The notes beneath the pieces are model-generated. The model saw only the letters and a list, made by a program, of their open reading frames with translations, ran no database searches and was not told the DNA's origin. Positions 11,326-23,063 of a DNA stretch of 53,129 nucleotides are shown here, piece by piece (position 1 is the stretch's first letter; every line of letters starts with the position of its first letter). This DNA is from Octopus sinensis (taxonomy: Eukaryota): contig NW_021833889.1 in NCBI RefSeq assembly GCF_006345805.1, positions 1 through 53,129 of the forward strand. The letters are read 5' to 3'. A program made the position numbers and the translations under genes.

Positions 11326-12279
11326 AGTGTGAAAAAATGGTTAAGCAATAGTTAATTTAGATAAGATACAAAATAGAGAGTGAAGTGGAGGAATGAAAAT
11401 AGATGTGAGATATGCAGGGATATTGCATTTGTAGATCCATTATTTAGGCAGAATGGTATACATATAAGATTCCAACAGCTTGTGAGTAAAATCCAATAGT
11501 ATAGAGTTTGTACACAGTGCTATTGAATCAAGGGTTTTATTTAAAGTGACCTAAAAGTAGGAATTTATTTGTAAGGTCAAATCTAAAACAGGAAGAGATG
11601 AATAAATAAAAGAATATATATATATATTTATATATATACAAACACAAATATACACATACATACATGTATTTGTATACGCATATACATGTACAAGCGCGTG
11701 CGTGGTGCCTTGTATCATGGCCTGTGAAACCATAGTGACGCCAGGTTTGTTGGAGGTGGAATGGCTTGTGCTCCCTTCTCTCTAATTTTAGATTAATTTA
11801 TGCCGAGTCCTTGCGAATACTAATTACCTACAACATAGCAAGTCCGTTTTTCACTGCTCCACTCTTTGTCTATCACACATGCAAGCAGATATACACACAT
11901 ACAGGCGTGCAAATATGCACATACATTAGTGTGAAGCCATACACGGACACAAGGAGTCTTAGGCAACCAGACTTGTATGTGTGTGCATGTGTGTGTGTAC
12001 GTTTGTGTATAATATGCATAAGTAAATGCATATATGTAGATACGGTGTGTATTTCTGTGTGTGTATTACATATACAATATGATACACACAAACGTACACC
12101 TGTGTGTGCGTGTGTGTATGCGTGTGTATTTGTGTGTGTGCGTGTGTGCGTGACTCCTAAACTTTTCCTTATAAAAGGTAGATGAAAACTTCCTTGGTAG
12201 ATGGAAAATGAAAGAAGCTCGTTGTATTTTATATTCATATATATATATATATATATATATTCATATGTGTATGTATTTG

Positions 12280-12480
12280 TGTGTCTGTTTGTTACCACCG
12301 ATGTTGGTGCGTTTACGTCTACGTAACTAAGCGGCTCAGTAAAAGTGAACGATGAAATAAGTACTAAGCTTACAAAGAATAAGTCCTGGGGTCTATTTGT
12401 TCGATTGACGGTGGTGCTCCGGCATGGGCGCAGTCAAATGTCTGAAACAAGTAAACGACTAAAAGAATATATCAATAAAA
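12280..12480 (+). mobile_element. Family-B SINE, 3' half
   Basis: Matches the 3' half of the full copy at 35506-35910 (…cttacaaagaataagtcctggggtc…gcagtcaaatg…gaaacaagtaaa). Confidence 0.85.
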
Positions 12481-12489
12481 AAGAAAATG

Positions 12490-12575
12490 AAGAATTTGAC
12501 CATTCAAACTTTGTTTATTTCCTGTTAGTTTATCCATAATAATTGTCCGACACGTGTTTCGATCGCACTAACTGC
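12490..12575 (-). mobile_element. Penelope-like tail with a truncated hammerhead 3' half
   Basis: GCGATC-GAA-ACACGTGT-C at 12566-12549 (palindromic stem III, GUC site); the CUGA half is missing. Confidence 0.45.
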
Positions 12576-12749
12576 ATATTGTTGCATATTTATATGCAGC
12601 GATTTATGCATTATTTGTAACATCGGATAAGATTTAAAGAAAGTTTACCAAAAAACGCACCATCTAAAGGAACTGGCCTTGGAATTTTACAGAAATTCGG
12701 TATCTGCCTGAATATTATATCCCTCCTCTTAACATATGTGTGTGTGTGT

Positions 12750-12810
12750 GTGTGCATCACAGTATCGACCAGACCATGCTGTAGTATATCGCTGGTCACA
12801 ATCTCCAATT
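12750..12810 (-). repeat. Unclassified retroposon-like tail, also present at 17625-17665 (+)
   Basis: Both loci share ATTGTGACCA…TCTGGTCRATACTGTGA. Confidence 0.5.
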
Positions 12811-13435
12811 TTGCCTTGATTGAGCCATTCTCTCTCATCTTGACTCAAATTGCTCAACTATATCGCCTTCTCATCATTGTAGACGCTTTCCAAGTGGCCT
12901 TTCTCGATCTCTTGGTTACCCACTCGGCATCTGGAATTGATTCTCGAAGTACTTATAAAACTGTAAGTCTACTTCTTCTAGCCAAAGGTTTTTTTGACTC
13001 AGTATTAACAAACTATTTATAGCTCTGTATAGTCTCCTAGAAGTAATTTTCTATTTATTCATGATATATTAAACATATATATTATTAATACATTTGTACA
13101 TACGTAGTCATGCAAGTGTATATACCTAACAGATATAATATGTGTGTCCAGTTATGTTCAAAACTGTAGAAGTCTAAAATATTTTGTATTTATTATAGAA
13201 GCATAAATCATTCTTTTTGGAACCATTAAATTATAGTCAACTCTGTTCTAGAATAAAGCAATCAATATTTTAGAAGTTGATATTTCATTCTTTACATTCC
13301 ATATATAGTCAGGGAGTAAAGACGCCAGATCTTTTCCTCAGCAACTAAATGTGTACATATGTTACGAGAATCTTTTTTAAAAGAATTTTCAGTTAGACTC
13401 ATTTCTTCCGTATTTTTTCATCGGCAAGTGGGACA

Positions 13436-13816
13436 TCTCTCTCTATATAAACGGCAGTTTGTCTGTGCGTGTTTCTGTGTGTCTGTTTGCTTGTACCCTC
13501 ACCCTGACCACGGCTTTCAACCGATTCTGATGAAACTTGACACACACATAGCCCAATGTCATAATTCAAAACTAACGCAGGGAAAATTTTGAAAAGTTCC
13601 CCCAGTTCTGAAAAAAATCGATAAATTCGACATGGGGTCGAGAATCAGAAACACAAACCGCAAACTGTCTAGGGGACGCAACTCCACCTTTTTTAACTAA
13701 AAAAAATTTACCATAATTTTTTTCCATTTTATTGCTATTTTTTGGCTATAACTCTCTAAAAATGCTTTATAGTTATTTCCCTTACAAACCTGAGCAACGC
13801 CGGGCGATACTGCTAG
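13436..13816 (+). mobile_element. Non-autonomous Helitron (~380 bp)
   Basis: 5' A|TC(TC)nTATATAAA, 3' hairpin CCTG-AGCAACGC-CGGG then CTAG|T. Confidence 0.85.
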
Positions 13817-14003
13817 TTAGATCTATAAAACAATGCTCTCAAAAAATATAAAGCTTTGAAAGGGTACATATTAAGTTTTTTGTAAATGTATACAAAAGTA
13901 GCGTCTTGCGTATTTGTAAACGAAATATTTTCATGGTTTTGCTGTTTTTGGAAGTATTGATGTATTTTTGTTAGTTCTTTTTCTGTCCAAACTTCCCTGA
14001 ACG

Positions 14004-14063
<60 letters not shown>

Positions 14064-14084
14064 TATATATAAGTTAATCCAAAC

Positions 14085-14240
14085 AAGAAAACACAGAAAA
14101 AAAGGGAAAAAACACAGCAACGCGAGGACGTGGAACAATTAAAGTATTATTGACGCTCAGGAAAGAAGGGAAGGAGGGTTTAACGTTTCGAGCGGAGCTC
14201 TTCGTCGGAAACAAGGAGAAGGAAAGATCCCAAGAAGGGC
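14085..14240 (-). mobile_element. Penelope-like terminal (pLTR) fragment
   Basis: Contains the hammerhead motif at 14178-14212 and is flanked by (TA)n. Confidence 0.6.
14178..14212 (-). ncRNA. Minimal type I hammerhead-like motif, core CCGACGA
   Basis: GTTT-CCGACGA-A-GAGC-TCC-GCTC-GAA-ACGT-T-AAAC. Confidence 0.75.
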
Positions 14241-14251
14241 AACAGAGGGAG

Positions 14252-14311
<60 letters not shown>

Positions 14312-14569
14312 ATATATTGTAAAAATTCTTGCGATATGTATGGTCTATAAGAGATATTTAAACCGAAAGAGGTGAATTGAAGCACATAATCATTCGTTCT
14401 TACTTTATCATTCATCAATATTAGTGTTCATCTATATATTATACATTATTTCTTCGAATCCACTCTGTTTTAGTACATTATTATAACAAGGAGCTGTATG
14501 ATTAAAGAATTTCTCATCAGAAGTCTAGTTGGGTACATGCTTATTAATGTCATTAACTGTCTTTAAAGG

Positions 14570-15458
14570 TTATTGTGATCAAGTTGGAGTTGTGGTGATG
14601 GTGTTGGTCGTGGTGGTGATGCTGCTGTTGGTGGCGTCGGAGTTATTGTTGGTGGTGTTGGGGGTGCTGGTGGTGTCGGCGGCGATAATATCAGTACTGT
14701 TTTTGATGGCGTTGTAATAGTGTTGGTGTCGGTGATGGTAATGGCTAGGAATTGAGCTGGTATGGGATAGTGAAAGTGCAAATAGTAGTAGTAGTAGTAG
14801 TGTTGGTACTCATCGCCGTGGTGTTAGTGGTAGCGTTGTTTAGACAAATGGCGGTAATAGTAATCGTGGTGATGTGATGACGGTGGTGTTAGTGGTGATG
14901 GCGATGGTGATAATGGGGATGAATGTAATGTTGGTATTGGTGATGGTGATGATGATGTTTCCGGTGGTGCTGGTGTTTGTAGTGGTGAACGTAGAGGTGG
15001 TCATAATGGTAGTGATGATGCTGATAGTATGTCTGTGGAGGTGCTGGTGATGATGATGATGATGGGGTGTTGTTGATGGTGGTGGTGGTGGTGGTGGTGG
15101 TGCTACCGTTAGTGGTGATAGTGGTTCTAGTCATTTTGTTAGTGATAGTAGAGGTGGTGGTGGTGGTGGTAGTAGTAGTAGTAAAAGTGGTGGTAGTACT
15201 GGAGACGTTTGTAATGTATTGGTGTTTGAGTGGTTCTGGTGGTGGTAATGGTACCAGTGGTAGGGATGGAGGTGGTAGTGGTAGTCATGGTGATGGTGGT
15301 AATGGCAGATGTTGTTGTTACTGGTGGTAAGGCTGATGCTGTTGGTGTTGGTGGTAAATGTGTTAGTGGCGTGGTAGTGGCGGGGGTGGTGATATTGCTT
15401 GTATTAGTGGTAGTAGTGGTAGTAATAGTGGTGTTAGTAATGGTATTAGTTACTGTTG
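14570..15458. repeat. Degenerate (GGT/GAT/GTA)n low-complexity tract
   Basis: Directly visible; explains the Val- and Thr/His-rich pseudo-ORFs. Confidence 0.9.
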
Positions 15459-15573
15459 GTTTAAAATTGCGACTCACCATCATCGATTTTTTTTTCAACA
15501 TGGCTTCAGAAACGATCCACCTGACAACACACCTGTGTTTTTTACCAACCGACTGTAGCTTCGTTAATTGACA

Positions 15574-15587
15574 GTTACCATGGTAAC
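15574..15587. promoter_or_regulatory. Perfect palindromic RFX X-box-like site
   Basis: GTTACCATGGTAAC fits the consensus GTNRCC-N0-3-RGYAAC. Confidence 0.5.
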
Positions 15588-15818
15588 AGAGGTGTGCCGC
15601 TATCCGGAGGAAGGCCTCAGTCCATAAATGACAGGTAGCAGGTTCCGTCCCAACCAAGTAATGGATACACTGCTATGAAATCCGGAAGTTAAGCGTTGAC
15701 ATATCGAAAAGTACGCATTATCACACACGCACACGCACACACACATACATACACGCATACATGCTTACACGCAAACATGTACATACATACTCATGAATGC
15801 ACACACACAGACACACAC

Positions 15819-15863
<45 letters not shown>

Positions 15864-16229
15864 AGAAACGAACATACGCATACACATATTTTAGAAGTAT
15901 CGGATGTTCGTGGGCGAACATGCAAACGCATACACGTATGAATACACACACACGCGCATGCACACACGTACACACACACATACACACACGCACACATACA
16001 CGCTCATTCACTCACTCACCATACACGTATCAGTATAAACGTGGGTGGAAACGCATGCGTGTGTATACATGTGTGTGTGCGTAAAATATGTTTATTTATT
16101 CCTGTGTATATATATATATACATTTTCATATATATATATAATACGTTTATATATGCATACACCTACGCACACACAAATATCTATGTTTATATCTATGCGT
16201 GCTGAATCTATATATATAAATATGCATCA

Positions 16230-16378
16230 TAGTCGAATGACTTAGAAAGCGGTTTCCTAAGCACGAGGTACCAGGTTCGATCCCATACTGCGTGGCATCT
16301 TCAGCAAATATAACCTTAGTTGACCCAAGCCATGGAAGTGAAATTATGGAGATGGAAACTGCGTGAAAGCCCGTTGAA
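16230..16378 (+). mobile_element. Degenerate family-B SINE, 5' half
   Basis: B-box-like GGTTCGATCCC followed by ACTGCGTGGCATCTTCAGCAA. Confidence 0.6.
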
Positions 16379-16384
16379 TGCAAC

Positions 16385-16829
16385 GTCCCTGTAATTTAAA
16401 AGTCCTGCTTATCAGAGACCGTCCCACGCTGATTACGCTTGAGAAGTACGTTCGGAGAACATTTGTCTGTGGAATACTCAATCATTTACAAAATGAGTTA
16501 GTAGTTCGATCGATCGAACTCTTCTAGCAGTAAATACTTTTGAATTGTTTTCTTGTGTCTGAAGACGGTCCTCACTCTTTTCAACAGACGGATAAGGCTC
16601 TTCCCCCAAGTCGCATAGATTCATAATCTCTGTTTTCCCGGCTTCTCTGGTGCACATATATCCCCACCACTCCTGGACGGGATTCTGGTCCGTCACAGGA
16701 ATACTCGTTGAGGGGACCAGACCAGCGTGAAACGAAGTGTATTGCTCAGGAATACAACGTGTCCAGGAATCAAAGCCGCAATCTTAGGACCATGAGTCTA
16801 ACACCCTAACCACTAAGCCACGCGCCTCT
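16385..16829. mobile_element. Two family-C SINE pieces in convergent orientation (+ tail at 16385-16530; - copy at 16590-16829)
   Basis: Minus-strand head GAGGCGCGTGGCTTAGTGGTTAGGGTGTTAGACTC; related to 44615-44812. Confidence 0.65.
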
Positions 16830-16869
16830 ACTAATTGCAAATGCTTTTCAATTATTTCATTTTATTTAA

Positions 16870-17085
16870 AATGGCGAACTAGCAGGATCGTCAGCGCGTC
16901 GGAAGAAATGCTTAGCTGCATTTCTTCCGGTTTTACGTCCTGAGTTCAAAGGCCGCCAGGGTTACCTGTCATTCTTTTAGAGCCGATAAAATAGATGTCA
17001 GTTGAGCACTGGGGTTGATGTAGCCGAGTTGCCCTATCCCCCACAATCGCTGGCTTTATGCGAAAATTTGAAACCTACTATTTCA
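16870..17085 (+). mobile_element. Degenerate family-A SINE
   Basis: GGCGAACTAGCAGGATCG…GAGTTCAAAGGCCGCC…GCACTGGGGTTGATGT. Confidence 0.75.
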
Positions 17086-17273
17086 TTCTGCTTGTGTGTG
17101 AGGACGGCCCTTGCTCTCTTTTCAATGTTACGTTGCAGTTTCTAAAGACGTCATACCTTCCATAATTGATGAGGCGAATGCGGCGGAAGAGTGAGACCCC
17201 AAACAATAACGTACTTGTTCATTCTCAATCCGTTCTGGTAGACTCGAACGTACATAATAATACACATCCTCTA

Positions 17274-17420
17274 AAGTAGTGTTTCTCAACCGGGTCCTTA
17301 TGAACCCCGAGGGTCTATATAATATTTTAAAGGGTCCACGAAGCCAAATAGTAAACTGGGGGACCATAGTAGCATTTTAAATGTCAATGAAAACATTGGT
17401 TTTGATGTGTTTATTGCAAG
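17274..17420 (+). mobile_element. hAT-type MITE terminal fragment
   Basis: AGTGTTTCTCAACCGGGTCC terminus; related in reverse orientation to 25927-26185. Confidence 0.5.
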
Positions 17421-17690
17421 AAACAACCAGGAATATGGAAGTTAGGGATCAAATCCTGGTGGTAATAAGCAAACTACACCCAGAGGGACTTCCCGGTTAT
17501 TCTTTTATTTTATTTTTTCTATTAGTGGTTTTAGTTATTTGATGGTGGCCATGCTGGAGCACCGCTAACTCACCTGGGAGCGGGGTGGCATCATTCGAAG
17601 GCTAAACCGATGGGAAGCGCATTGTGACCACCGGTGTACAACAACATCCGCTAATCTGGTCAATACTGTGAGATATATCTATCTATCTAT

Positions 17691-17721
<31 letters not shown>

Positions 17722-18410
17722 CATACATACATACATACATACATACATACATACATACATACATACATACATACATGTGTATGTTTCAGGGAGAAAAGGA
17801 GAGGGAAGAGTGTAAGAGAGAAAAGAGGAGGTAGTTGCTTTGTAGTGCGAGAGATGAAGACTAGCCATATCGAAGAGAGAGAAAGAGGGAGAGAGAGTGA
17901 GAGAGAGAGAGAGAGAGAATGCAGCAGTATCATGCGTTCGTTTATATACATATACATGTGTGCGCGCGCACGTGTGTGTCGCACACGCGAAAGAAGTAAA
18001 TGAAGACGTTAGAAAGGAAAAAATTTGCGTGTAGAAGTGTGAAAGGCGGTGTGTCGAAATGGAGTCTGAGAAATGATAGAGTGGCCAAATGGATTGGGTT
18101 GGGATGCCGTAAAAAACGAGGAACTGAAGAAAGAAGAAATCGAAAATTACTAAGAATAGCTTTTAAAAAATAAATGACAAAAAAATGAATATCAAGAGAA
18201 AATTTTTTCTAAATAAAATGCACAAGCGGTTTACCAACACGCCATTTTTTAGTGCGCTTGCATATATATATATGTGTGTGTGTGTGTGCATGTGTGTGTG
18301 TGCACGCGCACGTTTCCTTTTTGGTCCTTAATTATTGCAGCTTCTAATTAGAAATATTCACTAACTTTGATGAAGAAATCCAATTGACTTTGAAGAAGAC
18401 AATTTAGCTG

Positions 18411-18430
18411 GTCACGTGACATTAACCAAT
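18411..18430. promoter_or_regulatory. GTCACGTGAC (CLEAR/USF-type E-box) with an adjacent CCAAT
   Basis: 10-bp palindrome at 18411-18420; CCAAT at 18426-18430. Confidence 0.3.
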
Positions 18431-18552
18431 TTCTCTTGGAGTGTTTCTGGGATTTTAATTTAATTAGATGACAAAAATGTCAAGGGCGCAGGAAGTGTTG
18501 TGTGGGACCGAAACCGTGCTCACAGGTACGACTGGAACCATTTTCTGTGCCG

Positions 18553-18681
18553 TCTCTCTCTCTCTCTGTAACTCTCTATTTTCGTCTCTCAATATTTGCA
18601 GTACTTTTCTTAAACACTCTCTCTCTCTTTCCTTCTCACTCCCTCTTTCTCCCTCTCTCCCTCCCTCTCTCTCACTCTCTT

Positions 18682-18716
<35 letters not shown>

Positions 18717-18956
18717 TTCTCTCTTTCTCTCTTCTCTCTATCTTTCTCTCTACTCTCCCTCTCTATCGCTCCCATTCTCATTCTCTGTATCTCTCTCTCT
18801 TGCTCTCTTTCGCTTTCTCTCTGTTTTTCGCCTCTTTCTCTCTCTCTCTTTCTCTCTCTCTCTTTCTCTCTTTCTCTCTATCTTTCTCTCTTACTCTCCC
18901 TCTCTATCGCTCCCATTCTCATTCTCTCTCTCTCTTTCTCTCTCTCTCTCTTTCTT

Positions 18957-18987
<31 letters not shown>

Positions 18988-19010
18988 TTATCTATTTATC
19001 TATCTATCTC
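18553..19010. repeat. (CT)n-rich pyrimidine tract with an internal ~55-bp duplication
   Basis: About 18731-18786 is repeated at about 18872-18928. Confidence 0.9.
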
Positions 19011-19751
19011 TCTCTTGCTACGTTTGTTTACTATGCAAATTTGGCACTCCTTATCCATTGATGATGATGATGATGATGATGATGACGATCGTCATCATCA
19101 TCACCATCGTCGTCATCGTCGTCGTCTTCATCGTCGCCATCACTATAATTACGCTGCTAATTGTCCATACGCCGTGGAGCCTATCAACATCTCCATTGCC
19201 TGGGACAGTTTTTTACCTTTTTTTTCTCCCCCTTTTAAAACCTTTTCCCGTTTCTTTTAATCATCACTTCTAAGTCCCCACCGGAGCAACATCCTATTGC
19301 TGTTTTACTTTGTGCAATACATTAAAACTGCGGTCAGGCTTAATCAAAATCTCCAGAACTGTATCTTCCGTTTCCTTCAGGTTTCCACTGCATAACTTGT
19401 TATTGTTGTTGTTGATGGTTGTGTTGTTTTTCATGTTGATAATGACGATGACGACGATGAGGAGGATGAGGATTAGCACAACAAAATGTACGACAACAAA
19501 TGTTGGATGTACATGATTTGTTGAGAAGTTTACACAACTACTAAAACGGAGGTTCTTAGTGTTAGGTGATGTGACCATTGCGGTAATGGTTGAGAACAGC
19601 TGTACAACAAAACTTGTCATCTGTATATTTCTGTGATTTTAAGGATTTCGGCGTTAAGAAATTGTAATTTAAGAAAGATCTAGTCTCGCAGGGCATTTTA
19701 TCTATGGCCCTAAAGCACGCTGGAGTAATGCTGTGGGTTTGCTTGTTCTGT

Positions 19752-19824
<73 letters not shown>

Positions 19825-19963
19825 GAGAGACAGAGAGTAACAGAAAGGGAGGAATTTTGATTATCCCCACGTGGGGAGTTGTAATATATATGAGAAATCA
19901 AAGAAGGAAAATGCACACACTTTACAAAGTTTTAATATAATTTTTGATATATTTTATATTGTT

Positions 19964-19996
19964 TGTCGACCGGTTTCGCGTTCGCTAATCATGACA
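19964..19996 (-). ncRNA. Minimal hammerhead-like motif with an A3/U8 core
   Basis: TGTC-ATGATTA-GC-GAAC-GC-GAA-ACCGGT-C-GACA. Confidence 0.6.
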
Positions 19997-20284
19997 TTAA
20001 GATATATTTAAATAGGTATTTTCTTAAGAAAAGAATTGTGTCCATTTTGTGTGTGGAGTTTGTGAATGAATGATTCAACAACTAGAAAAATCTAAGGAGA
20101 GGTAATTTGTTATCGTTATTATTGAGGACAGGGGAGATAACTATTCCTCTTTCGGTAGGGCGTGGAATATATATACACACAAAAATTCAAAAACTAGAGT
20201 AGTGGGGAAAAATATGTATAATGATGGGTATGTAATCGGGAATTTAAATATGTATAGAGATCAAAGTTGGTTATGCGTGCATAT

Positions 20285-20845
20285 TTAAACGTGTCCTATA
20301 TTTTTTATGAATAAATTTTCTTTGTTTAAACGTTCTTGTAAAGAAATTGTATCTTTGCACTGGTAGAAGGGAGAAGCTGTGAAATTTGGTTTGATGTTAC
20401 CTGCACATCTCTGTACGTGTTCGCTTAAAGGAATCTGTCTGTATTGCAAGAACAGGATCTGCTCTCTATGTAGAGTGGTTCTCCATCTCAATGTCGTACT
20501 TGTCTGTCCTATATAGTGATGTCCACAACCCGAGCAGGTTATTACATAAATTAGGTTCTCAGAGGCACAAGTAAAGTTGGTTTTAATTGTGAACCTCTCT
20601 CCTTGTTAGGAAAGGAAATCCGAGCCTTGAAGTAGGTGGGGCATGTTCCAGAATTTGGTTGTCCACATATATTAACCGTTGGTTTCGTGGTTGTTGTGTA
20701 AAACTTTTGTTAGAAATCTCTTTAGCGATTTGTGTTGCTTTTTGCATTTGATGAATTTAGGTGCTTTCAGGATGTTCATTTTGGGATCCCTAGTGAGCAT
20801 TGGTAGATTTTGTATAATGGTGTTGTATGCCTCGTTGTTTCTAGA
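20285..20845 (-). pseudogene. Penelope thumb/linker and GIY-YIG endonuclease remnant
   Basis: RNNEAYNTIIQNLPMLTRDPKM…CGQPNSGTCP…NFTCASENLIYVITCSGCGHHYIGQTSTTLRWRTTLHREQI (LIY 20546-20554, YIG 20507-20515); Cys-rich linker; frameshifts. Confidence 0.85.
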
Positions 20846-20849
20846 AACA

Positions 20850-20976
20850 ATGAGTCATCAGTTGTCAAGCGGTGGTGAGGGACGAATGCAGACACAAAGA
20901 AACACACAACACACACACATACATATATGTGCGTATATGCATATATGCATGTGTACACACACACACACAAACAAAT

Positions 20977-21016
<40 letters not shown>

Positions 21017-21017
21017 C

Positions 21018-21062
<45 letters not shown>

Positions 21063-21207
21063 GACAGGATTCTTTTAGTTTCCGTCTACCAAATCCACTC
21101 ACAGAGATTTAGTCGGCTCATGGCCACTTGCTCAAGGTACCACGCACTAGGGCTGAACGCGGGACCATGAGGTTGAGAAGCAAGATTCTTACCATACAGC
21201 CACGCCG
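20850..21207 (-). mobile_element. Family-B SINE (3'-truncated)
   Basis: Reverse-complement head and body (…tttccgtctaccaaatccactcac…cttaccatacagccac). Confidence 0.8.
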
Positions 21208-21873
21208 GTAGAAAATGTGTAGACACTCCCCTCTCGTGCTTATGTGCGTATTTTGTATTTTTGATTAAACTTTTTGTTACTCATTTTCTGTACGTAATGG
21301 AGTGCAAAAAGTTTTTTGATTATTATTGAACCCCACATGGCATTTACATATTCTCAAACTATATAAATATGATTATCTGTTTTCATAATATCCAACATAT
21401 ATTTAGTGCCGTCTCCATATCTGCTTAATGCGGTCAGTTTGTATATTTTTGTTTCTATTGGGCAACATGAGCAAGAAAAGGTTTACAAAGAAGGCGTCTT
21501 GCAGCAGCACATGTCTTGTTGTAAATTAATGAAATAAAGCACAGTTGGTCGCAACTCTTTAACTACTTCACTCATTTGAAAAATCAGAAAATTATAGGAC
21601 GCGACGGTTTCGGGATTTTGTCAGTTTCTGTGACAACGTGCCAATATAGAGACTTTACAAATCGCCTTCAAAAAAATCCAAGACTTGCGCAGTAAAGCTA
21701 CTGTTCCAGATAATGGTCTGTTTAGCATATGACTGGGACATTATGACAGAGATTGAGTCTGTGTGTGAGGGAGAAACAGACAGAGTGAAATAAAAAGAAT
21801 AACGAGTGTATACGGAAGTGCATATGTATATACAATACATACACACACACTTATATATATATATATATATATA

Positions 21874-22543
21874 CTAGCAGTATCGCCCGGCGTTGCTCGG
21901 GTTTGTAAGGGAAATAACTATATAAGCATTTTTAGAGAGTTATAGCAAAAAAAAAACAAAAAAATGCATTGAAAATGGAATAAAAAATTATGGTAATTTG
22001 TTTTTAAATCATTGACTCATCGTAGACATTTTTAGAGAGTTACTTCCCTTATATAATACCGAAAAAATGCATTAAAATGGAAAAAATAATGGTAAATTTT
22101 TTTTTAAATCGTAGACTCATGTAGACGCTTTCTTAGCCATTTCTGTTTTGGTGTCTTCAAGCCATGAAGTCGTTGTTCTAAAAGAACACTGGTCACCTTG
22201 ACAACGCATTACGACGTTGATTTCTTTACACTCCCTTCCCCACAGCTTCACGAGGGAGGGAAGAAGGGGGAGAAGCAAACAGGTGCAGGTGTGACCATGG
22301 ACACCAACTCCACCGCCATCGACACACGAAAGATTATGCATTAAAATGGAATAAAAAATGTTAAATTATTTTTAAAATCGTAGACTCATCGTTGACGCGC
22401 GCTAATAGCCAGACGGGCTCGATATGAATCACGACTATAAGATACCCGAATTTGGTTAAACTGCACCGCAAAATGTGGGAGGAGTTAGGAATCTAAATCG
22501 AAGGGGACAGACACTCACACAACTAGAGTTTTATATATATAGA
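21874..22543 (-). mobile_element. Non-autonomous Helitron (~670 bp) with internal ~100-bp subrepeats
   Basis: A|TCTATATATATAAAA 5' end, CCCG-AGCAACGC-CGGG hairpin, CTAG|T 3' end; the 3' ~130 bp is shared with 13436-13816. Confidence 0.88.
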
Positions 22544-22555
22544 TATAATATTCTT

Positions 22556-22788
22556 ATATTCTTTTATTTGTTTCAGTCATTTTGACTGCAGCCATGCTGG
22601 AGCACCGCCTTTAATCGAACAAATCGACCCTAGGACTTGTTTTTTGTTTTGTTTTGTTTTTTTGTTAGCCTAGTATTTATACTATCGGTCTCTTTTACCG
22701 TTCCACTAGGTTACGAATGCGTAAATACATCAACATAGGTTGAAGAACACAGCCACACACACACAAACACACACACACACACACAACA

Positions 22789-22836
<48 letters not shown>

Positions 22837-22991
22837 CGACAGGCTTATTTCAGTTTCTGTCTTCCAAATCCACTCACAGGAGATCGAGCGTCCCAAGGCT
22901 ATGGCCGAAGACACTTGCCCAAGGTGGCATGCACAGAACCTGGAACCATGTGGTTAGTTAGCAAGCTACTTACCACACAGCTACTCCAACG

Positions 22992-22994
<3 letters not shown>
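22556..22994 (-). mobile_element. Full-length family-B SINE
   Basis: Reverse complement of the 35506-35910 architecture, including the internal CA/TA microsatellite. Confidence 0.88.

Positions 22995-23063
<69 letters not shown>

Larger units (their letters stand above)
19870..20845 (-). mobile_element. 5'-truncated Penelope-like element (Neptune-type)
   Basis: GIY-YIG remnant, then a 3' UTR containing a hammerhead-like motif. Confidence 0.85.

Noticed and set aside
12763-12962. + exon ending at CT|GTAAGT, or a minus-strand peptide QEIEKGHLESVYNDEK
   Set aside because: Overlaps a retroposon-like tail shared with 17625-17665; weak acceptor; in-frame stop on minus
21603-21624. Minus-strand CTGACAA…CCCGAAACCGTC hammerhead-like string
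   Set aside because: G8 is lost, there is no stem II and stem III is not palindromic; at best a heavily decayed relic
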